Origin: Eledone cirrhosa
Lineage: Eukaryota
DNA: 64,000 nucleotides
Reading direction: 5' to 3'
Assembly: GCA_964016885.1 (NCBI GenBank)
Contig: OZ024740.1
Coordinates: forward strand, 286,750,001-286,814,000
In this document: piece by piece, positions 55,690 to 64,000 of the stretch
How positions within the stretch are numbered: the stretch's first letter is position 1
How the letters are laid out: every line of letters begins with the position of its first letter
Notes under the pieces: model-generated
Databases searched by the model: none
What the model was told of the DNA's origin: nothing
Seen by the model: only the letters and a program-made list of their open reading frames with translations
Program-made: the position numbers and the translations under genes

Positions 55690-57347
55690 AAAAATGCTGC
55701 AATAAAATAATGTTACACTAATAATCACCTAGCAGTCAAGTAACACAATATACAGTCAAAAACTCACCAAGATAATACAAAACTTTTGTGTATATATATA
55801 TATAATATAATATATATATATATAAGTAGTTTTTATATATGTGAGAGAGATTGGTCTGGAGGAAGTAGTTCAATCCGGGATTTAAAATAGTGTTAAAATA
55901 TTGACAAAAGAGTAAAAGAGGAACATAAGTATTGCGAAAGAAATGCCAAAAATGAAGTTTCAAAAGCAAGTAATATCTCAAAATCATGAGTAAAATTAAA
56001 CGATAATGTACGCTTTTAGTTGTTTGGTGATGAAAGTATGATTTCATGTGTGTCAATGAAAATAAAGTGTGTACGTTCAGTCATATTAAAAATGAAGACG
56101 TATTAACCATAAACCATTAAAATGATCGCAATTTTAAATTGAATTTAATAAACAATGAACAAGTGAAGCAAGGTCTGTTTTGTTTGTTTGTTGTTTTTCT
56201 CTCAAGTCACCATACAGCTAATATAAAAAAATATAGGTCAATTTTAAAGTGTCCCATTGCGTAAAATAATTATAGAAGTGACGAAATTTAGAAATTATAT
56301 GGAATATTTTTTTCTTGAAATATGACAATTAAAACAGAAAAAGAGCCGAAGATCCTCTCGCATAAGAGGAAGTGAGAAGGCAAATGGGTGGGTTGTTGTT
56401 GCCAGTGGATTCGTGATTTGGTCATGGACAACTGTAACACGCTGACTTATCATTATTAGAACTAGTTAACTAAATTCAGTAATATGTGCAACTAAAACTC
56501 AGAAATTTTATTTTCAATTTGATAGATTATTAATTTTAGATAAAAACAACAACAACTGATTAACAATTTCGTTTAAAATAATATGTCGGTGTTTTTTCTT
56601 CGTACAGCGTGCTTTTTCTCATCCGGTTTAAACCGACGAAAGGGGTTGACAAAAGAGATGAAATCTTCATGCGGGACATTTAGACTAGATGAAGGGCCTG
56701 ATGTAGTCTTAAGATATTAATAATGAAATGAGCACAGGTAAAAAGATCTTCAATTAGTTAGATAATTGCATGAATAAAAGGCGATATTAAATTACTAAAA
56801 CTAGCAGCAGTCTGTAGCAGTGCAGCAGGCGGCCATTCGGTAAAGTGCTAAATAGCACGGAAAAAAAACTGAACTCATCTTAAATTAACGTAAAAAATAT
56901 ATATATACGATAATATTTATTTAAACAAGATAGTTATTGTAGAAAAAAAATAAGCTATCGATAAAAGAAAAGTAGTATTTAGCCGTTGGAACTCATTGAA
57001 TAAGTTGCTCAGAATGTGCTTAGTAAAAAATGTATATATATAAAAACCAGTTAAAATGTTTAAAAAAAAAAACAAATAAAGAAACTGAAGATTATAACTG
57101 AGGAAATTTATTAACATTAGTCTACAGAGTTTAAAATATTTAAGAGAAATAATGATGATATAAAATACGTTATAAAAACGACAGTAAATGGCGGCTGGTG
57201 AACTGGACTAACTGGAATGTTGAATCCCTTATATAGAAAAAAAATGATCAGAAATATTATTAAAATTTGCTGGTAAAATAATGAGGTCGAGATAATACAA
57301 TAATTTAAAATAAAGTTATAACAATATAGTAATAATAATATCAATAC

Positions 57348-57432
57348 CTGGTTACGGGTAGAGTTTGTTGCTTCGTCTGTGAGCAGAGAAAACAGCAGTT
57401 ATTGAAAGAAATGTGGTGAGTGAGGAAAGGAG
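57348..57432 (-). other. Putative 5' non-coding exon of BZW with a 5'TOP-like start
   Basis: Begins CTCCTTTCCTCACTC and ends CCAG|GTATTG. The first coding exon has an acceptor only 7 nt before the ATG, so an upstream exon is expected. Confidence 0.55.
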
Positions 57433-57730
57433 TTTCGCTCCCGTATGTAGTTACGAGAATTTAAATAACAAGCCGGAACGAAATCGTTTTGGATTTACGT
57501 AACAAGGCAAAATTTAGCTGTAGGGATAAATCTTTTAGCAGGTTACTAACTTATAGAATATATAATGTATGTAAATTGTTATTTTTCCCAACTGATGAAT
57601 GTAAAAAATAGATTTAAACTGAAGACACTCACCTTCGAGTTTCTTATCTCCTTTCCTCTCAGAATCTGACTGAATCAATTCTCGCACCAACTTCTCGAGC
57701 CTCGCTTTACACCTCACGCAAGATGGCAGC
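57422..57730. promoter_or_regulatory. Bidirectional promoter BZW / MRPL45
   Basis: CpG-enriched region between divergent genes. Outward-facing CTCCTTTCCTC motifs at 57422-57432 (-) and 57648-57658 (+). ETS-like CCGGAA at 57473. YY1-like CAAGATGGCAGC over the MRPL45 ATG and AAATGGCGGC at 57186. Confidence 0.65.
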
Positions 57731-60700
57731 TACATTGAGTTTTATGACTTCGCCGAGGCTTCTCTTTGTTGTTTGCCGGCAATCTAAGGTCTGATACCAC
57801 CACATGATGGATATATTTTATAACCATTTGTCTTTTATTTTAATTTTGTTAAATACTGTTTTGTTAACTGTCAATGAACCTAAAACGAGTGTACTCTGTA
57901 ATTTCTTTACCAAGAGCATTGAATGAACTCATTAAAATTTTGTATATTAATGTTGAAATAAATTGTAAAAGGGTACATTCAATAGAAGTAGTTTCATAGA
58001 TTTTCGAAATAAAGGAAACCGTGTTATTATTTATTATAGTATTATAGAAAGTAACGCTATATTTGATTAATGCAGAGATTTAACTCTATTGATACGTGAC
58101 CTTCAAATGTTGCCTATATTTCGAGTCCATGTCGTTATTTTGTTTACTTCATTCAACGCGAGTATTTACAGAACTTAAAACTTTATTCTGTTTAATTGAA
58201 TTAAAAATACACTCTAAAGTATATAGTTTAAGCTATGTTCTAGATTTGTTAGCAATGAGTAAATGACTTGAACATTGTTGCATAAAATATGTTCCTTAAT
58301 AAAAAATAATAAAACCAATGAATTAAAATCATATTTAAGTTGACAGTTTTACATTAAATATTGACGATATAGATTTAAAATAAAACACCAGAAAAATATA
58401 GTTAAAGTTTATGTTGTTTAACTCAGATCAAGCAGATTTATGATCAAAGGCATTCCAACTATGACCATCTCGTTTTTTTAAACTGTACAATGTGATTTGA
58501 AGACTTGGCTGTTATTTCTCATAGCAGAGTGACCACATTAAAGGCTCATTCGCTGTTTCACAAATAAATTCTATTAAATAAGTTGAGTTCTGAAGTACAA
58601 AACGTTTTCATTCAATATCGTTTGTCCTCACTGTACAGTATTGTTTTACAGGAACTTAATAATTAAAGTGTCAGATTACTTGCCTACAAGTATTGAATTA
58701 TGCTACCACAACTTCAGTTCCCCTAAATTCACCAATTCTTGATTAACTTCATCCAAACTCGCATGATCGACATATCTTTTTTCTTTATATAACTATAATT
58801 TTTGCCATTTGATCCTGCATTCTACAAATTAATTTTTGTTGTGTAATTTAGACATGGCCTAGGCCAATACTGGCCGAAACCTATCAAAGTTATATGCGTA
58901 ACCAATGATACATGAAATATATTAACAATAAAAGGGATGCATTATTGATATATTGGCAGTATCGGTAGAGGGTCGGACGCCATGCTTTCCAGCATAGTTA
59001 CGTCCCTTTACGATCTGAGTTCAAATCCCGCTGAGGTTGACTTTGCCTTTTATCCTTACGGGGTCGATAGAATAAAGTACCAGTAATGCACTGGGTATGT
59101 GCTGGCCTTGTGCCTAAAGTAGAAACAATTATTGATATATAGCAAGGATCAGTCAGTAGGCAGTTGTAAGAGAACATAAGTCTTTTATAAAAACACTATG
59201 CTTTTGAAATAGTGAGAACATATCACATTTAACACCAGCATTGATCATGTATACCGTTACACATACCAATTAGCGAAGTTGACAGTATTTTATTTATCTA
59301 TAAGCAATTTTATTTAAAAAATCTTTCAATTCTGTGTGTAAACTGTACTAAAGCTATTTTGCAATTTGAAAATGTGAGCGTCCTAACGCAGAAAATGACA
59401 GTAATAACAGTAGATCACTATAAATAATAGTTGAGAAAATTGGGTAAAATATCCCTAGAGGCAGAAAATAGTGAACAAAAGCGCCTGACAGGAATCGAAC
59501 TCCGTGAGTCATAGAAGAGACTATGATAAGGAGCTGCTGACATTTGTTCTCAGTCTTCTAAAATGCTATAAGCCTTGTGACTACTTCATAGAATTAAGTC
59601 TTCACTACATCATCATTTCTAAAGGTTATTCTTTCAGAAAATTAAATAAAATAGCTCTTTTATGAAAATAAATGGATTTTGAAATCTATTTTAGCCAAAT
59701 TCTAGCATTCAAATAACTTTTATGTGTTTGCAAATTCCCACCTAAGTATTAAGAAATTCCTTATTAAATTTACTTTTTTTAAAGAGATTAATAGATTTCT
59801 AGAAGAAAACTATACATGTAATAGTCATAATTTGCAATTTGACATTTTCACCAACCATACAAACTTTGTCACTACTAAATGCAACTGTTCTCTAAACTTT
59901 TCTATCTTTGCAACTCTGTCCACAGTACTATATCATTGATTTTGGTACACAAGTACCTCTGAGTTGAAAGCCATTGTAAACTAGTACTCTGTTGATGACT
60001 CTGTTCTAAAGTTGCCTGCAAATTATCTAACACTCTGGATATAGTTGAAAAAGAGGATTACTAAGTGGTAGTTGAATTTGCTAGAAGTAACAGCCAAATG
60101 TCCTTTAAATCCTACACTACTGTCTTAATAAAGAAAAGGCATTAGATAATGTAATTCTAGATATCCCTAAAAAATGGGATGGCCACAGCTGTAATGCTTT
60201 TGATCAGGGTTAACCTGAGCCTTAACAACTCAGCAAACAAACCAGTAACTTAAAAATAGACACATTGGATAATGTGATCTGGGATAGATTTCTTGAAAAT
60301 AGGATTGGCATGACTGGAATGCCTTTGATAATAGGTTTGCTCAACTTAAGTTTGGCACAAGTTTAACCATTATATCAGCAATGACTACATTTAACCATTA
60401 TATCAGCAATGACTACAGTATCTATATTTAAACAAAAGTTAACACAACTCTTATTAATTTACAAAAGTAGATAGTAAAATCTGTATTTGCTTATTTATAG
60501 ATTCAATGTATGTTAACAAAGGATCCTCGACTCCCAATGCTAATGAAGCAACAAGTAATGTGTTATCCATCTTCAAAACATTACAACCCGAAATTCCGAA
60601 AAGAAAGAAGAAGAAAATTCTTGCAGGTAATCCAACAGTAATTATAATATTCCAAATCTTATATATATGAATCCTCATCTTCATTCTTCCATGCTAGCAT

Positions 60701-61400
60701 GGGTTAGACGGGTTGTCCTGTTGTGGGCAGTGCCCAGTCGGCTGACCTTGTCTTGCTCATACGAGAACTGTTTCTGACTTGATTTCTACAGCTGGATGCC
60801 CTTCCTAACACCAACCTCATTTATAGTGAGTGCCGTGTGCTTTTTTGCCGTGGCACCACCACGACCACTTTTCAGTAGGAGGAGGTGGGGGCATATTGTC
60901 TATATGCTTCAGGTATATATAAGGTATTTCAGTGAGTGCTCAATGCAGTTGCCAATTGTAAAATTCTTGCCTAAACAACAGTAATATCAAAATCTTTCAA
61001 TCTGTACATATTTTCTATTCAGATTGTTATATGTACTATAAAAACTTTATAAAGCATTATCAAACTACCTCAGTATTTTTTGAAAATTCATGCAATTTTC
61101 CTTTAAGCATAAGCTGGTCTTGAAAATTATATTTTCAAAACTTTGGAAATGCTATCTAAATTTATAAAGATATTGAGAATCTTAATTTTAATAAGTTAAT
61201 GTTTTATCTGCTTCTATAGATATTTTCTATTTATCTGGAATGACGAAAATTTTATTTCAAACAGATTGATTTACCTGATTATGACAAATATCGAAAAGAT
61301 AAAAGTATGGCACCTGATGAAATTCGACTCAAAATGAAAAAAGAAGGCAAAGTTCCACCAAGAATACATGACGAACGATCTATTAATATAAGCAGTACAG
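57723..61400 (+). CDS. MRPL45: 39S mitochondrial ribosomal protein L45, first three exons (partial; continues beyond the window)
   Basis: Exons 57723-57788 (MAATLSFMTSPRLLFVVCRQSK, transit-peptide-like), 60501-60626 (...KHYNPKFRKERRRKFLQ) and 61265-61400 (IDLPDYDK...EIRLKMKKEGKVPPRIHDERSINISST). This matches the invertebrate mRpL45 N-terminal pattern KHWNPKF..R..K.DLP...MKE.G..PPR...ER...ISSTG. Confidence 0.85.
58953..59133 (+). mobile_element. tRNA-derived SINE
   Basis: Same family as 21212-21385, with A/B-box-like motifs and the GCCTTT.ATCCTT.CGGGGTCGATA core. Confidence 0.8.
60362..60417. repeat. Exact 28-bp tandem duplication
   Basis: TTTAACCATTATATCAGCAATGACTACA occurs twice in tandem. 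Confidence 0.85.
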
Positions 61401-61735
61401 GTTAGTGTTGATATTTTATCATGCTTTTTTTCTTTGTATCATTCTAAAAGCAAAGACTTCATTGTAGTCTATTGATGACCTTATGCAGTTAAGAAGCTGT
61501 TTAGTACAACAGATTAACTTCATTCCAGCAAAGTATGATGCTATGACTGAAGCATCATAAATATTATGTGTTTAGGTTTATGAAATTTTAAAGAGACTAA
61601 GAATTAGCAAACAATAAATAGGATAAATATCATACCTTTAGGCATTAACCAGAAGATGCAATTTGTCTTTTCACATTCTCAAACATTTTCGTTATTTATT
61701 TATTTATTTTGTTTGTTTATTTTTTTACTATTTAA

Positions 61736-61934
61736 CCCTTTAGCATTTAAAACGGCCATATCCGGCCAGAATTCTCTCACCTCTTTCTGTTTAAACCAGC
61801 TGTAACCGGCCACTCATACTGGTGTTACGGTATTGTTCTCAAAATAATATCAAAATCTCATAGATTCTATATTCTGTGAGATAAAGCCTTTACCATGAAA
61901 ATGTAATAGTATATATAATGTAAATGCTAAAGGG
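61736..61934 (+). mobile_element. piggyBac-type MITE, 199 bp
   Basis: TTAA TSD on both sides; perfect 14-bp TIR CCCTTTAGCATTTA. Confidence 0.85.
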
Positions 61935-62599
61935 TTAATCACAGGGGGAATAGCAGTATTCATGACTTTTTTCAGGATCTCCAAGACTGGTGAAAGGGAG
62001 AGGGAGTGCCTTTAAACTGGAGATCAGGATCAAATGTTTGCAACAGAGTTAACTTTACTAAAACACCCAAATTCCAGGTTTGAGTGCTAAACTAGATGAT
62101 GGCTTAAGTTTATCATGCAAAATTTAAGACAAACCAATGAAGGAGCCTCCATCTGATCCTTCAACATGCTACAAATATATCTGGATATGATGACTTAGTG
62201 TGTGTATACATGTGTAGTCATTTGTCATCATCACCATTTAATGTCCATTTATCCATAATGTCTCATTATGAAACAAGTTCGATCAGATAACCATACGTTG
62301 CTCTTACAGAACCGTTTCTGGTTTGGTTTCTTTGGCTGGATGCTCTTCCTAACACCAGCCACATTAACAGTATTGACTAGGTGCTTTTTGTTATATCACC
62401 ATCATGACCACTTTACAAGGGTGGACTGGGCGCATTTTGTCATGTCACCCACATGACCATCTTACAGGGTGGGCTGGGTTCTCTTATCACCATCATGAGC
62501 ACCTTACATGGTTGACTAGGGACTTTTGTTTTGTCACCAGCATGACCACCTTACAAGGTAGACTGGGTGCTTTTGTCATGGCAGCAGCATTATGAGGGG

Positions 62600-63700
62600 G
62601 CGGGGCTGCGGGTTTGGAGTGTGTCCTACTTTCCACGCTTATATGTAGGGGTTGAGCGTGCTGATCCCTCTTATGCCCAGTTTCTCTTTTAGTTTATTTA
62701 CGCTTTGTCATTTGTGCACACTACTATTACACATCCATTGAAGCATCCATTTCTTTTTAATTTTCATAGGTCCTCTGCACACAATGCCCAGGTCTCACTT
62801 CCATGCAGCATTGCTGTTTGTACACAAACATCATACAATCTGCCTTTCATTTTAAGCCACTAGCATTTAAACCGGCCGTATCTGGCCAGAATTCTCTCAC
62901 CTTTTTGTGTTTAAACCGACTGTAACTAGCCACTCATACTGATGTTAAGGTATTGTTCTCAAAATAAATACTATTAAAATCTCATTATGTGAGATGATTA
63001 CATGAGGTAAAGCCTTTGCCATGAAAATACACTAGAATATATAGTGTAATGTAAAGGGTTAAGGGAAAAATTCTTTGTAGTTAGCAGCGGTAGTAACTCC
63101 CTGAACTTTTTCCGTCCTGTTCTCACTCTGGCTACTGTACTGTCAGAACACCCACCTCTACTGCTAATTTGGTCACCCAGGTAACAAAAGCTGACAACTA
63201 CTTCTACGGAGCCTTCTAAGCATTTAATTGGGCTTGTTTCTTGTAAGTTCGGGTTGCTTACTGCTCCCATGTATCTACCACATATAAAACCTATTTTCTT
63301 TGCTAACCTGCCTGAAATCCTACTACATAGTTTGCATTTGAATTTCTACCCACTCCCTTCCTGTACAGTGAGCAAAGTCATTTCCCTGAAGGACTCAAGG
63401 CTCTGTTTTCTTTTCTACTTACTAGGACTTTAGTCTTTACCATGTTGACTCTAAGGCCTTTTGATTCCAAGCTATGCTTCTAGGTCAGGAATTTCTTCTC
63501 TAATTCTGCCATGGATTCAGCTCTAAGGGTTAGATCATCGGCATATAGTTCCCATGGGCAGCCAGTTTTTAACTCTTCCGTTATGGCTTGCAGGACAATA
63601 ATAAACAGGAGGGACCTAAGAACAGACTCCTGATGGACCCCCACTTGTGCCCTAAATTCCTCACTATAATCATTGTTAATTCTAACCTTGCTGGATGCCC
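62600..63700 (-). mobile_element. RTE LINE fragment interrupted by a piggyBac-type MITE
   Basis: Motifs QVGVHQESVL, ELKTGCPWELYADDL and FCYLGDQISSRGGC. Confidence 0.8.
62856..63058 (+). mobile_element. piggyBac-type MITE inserted into RTE
   Basis: Similar to 61736-61934. TTAA on both flanks, and the RTE sequence is continuous across it. Confidence 0.8.
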
Positions 63701-64000
63701 TTCCTATCACCAACCACTTTACGGAGTGCTCTGGGTGTGTTTATTGTATAGATCATCAATACTAGGAAGGTTGTCATGTCTTTAATTGAAAGGTCTTTCC
63801 AACCCTTTTTTTGGCAAGCTTTCTACAGCTGGATGCCCTCCCTAGCACAACTACTCTACAACATGTATTGGGTGCATTTTCATGGCACCAGCAGTAAAGA
63901 GGTTGTCAGTCATTGTCTTCATTGAAGAACCCTCTCTACTCTACAGGGAGTGGGAAGAGAAGGAAGATTAGTATCATGTTATGGGTATGTGATTAGTGTG

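Noticed and set aside
59475-59525. tRNA-like T-arm (GGAGTTCGATTCCTGTCAGGCGC on minus)
   Set aside because: Only a 3' portion is present; no D-arm or cloverleaf. Probably a SINE or tRNA fragment.
62360-62590. Regularly spaced ~45-bp repeats resembling a CRISPR-like array (also 22905-23060 and 8430-8580)
   Set aside because: These are degenerate tandem units internal to the SINE-like family, with no unique spacers, in a eukaryotic context.

Overview
AT-rich, intron-containing animal genomic DNA. The C2H2 gene style and the SINE/RTE repertoire suggest an octopus or related cephalopod (inference). The left half (1-33.7 kb) is a small cluster of single-coding-exon C2H2 zinc-finger genes: one decayed pseudogene at 5.6-6.7 kb and two intact tandem paralogues with 8 and 19 fingers. 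They sit among many transposon fossils: RTE, CR1, R4/Dong and CRE LINEs, a Ty3/Gypsy gag-pol fragment, hAT and piggyBac-type MITEs, and SINEs. The right half holds three tightly packed conserved genes, reconstructed exon by exon: RSU1 (+, 9 coding exons, 270 aa), BZW/eIF5-mimic protein (-, 13 coding exons, 416 aa, tail-to-tail with RSU1) and the first three exons of MRPL45 (+, head-to-head with BZW). I found no clearly novel biological system. The best observations are a mirror-symmetric TCT/TOP bidirectional promoter, the poor-context BZW start codon, a three-layer nested LINE with a Dong element in a (TAA)n tail, a -1 frameshift signal in the Gypsy fossil, a six-finger internal duplication, a 40-bp intronic SINE hairpin and degenerate hammerhead-like motifs.
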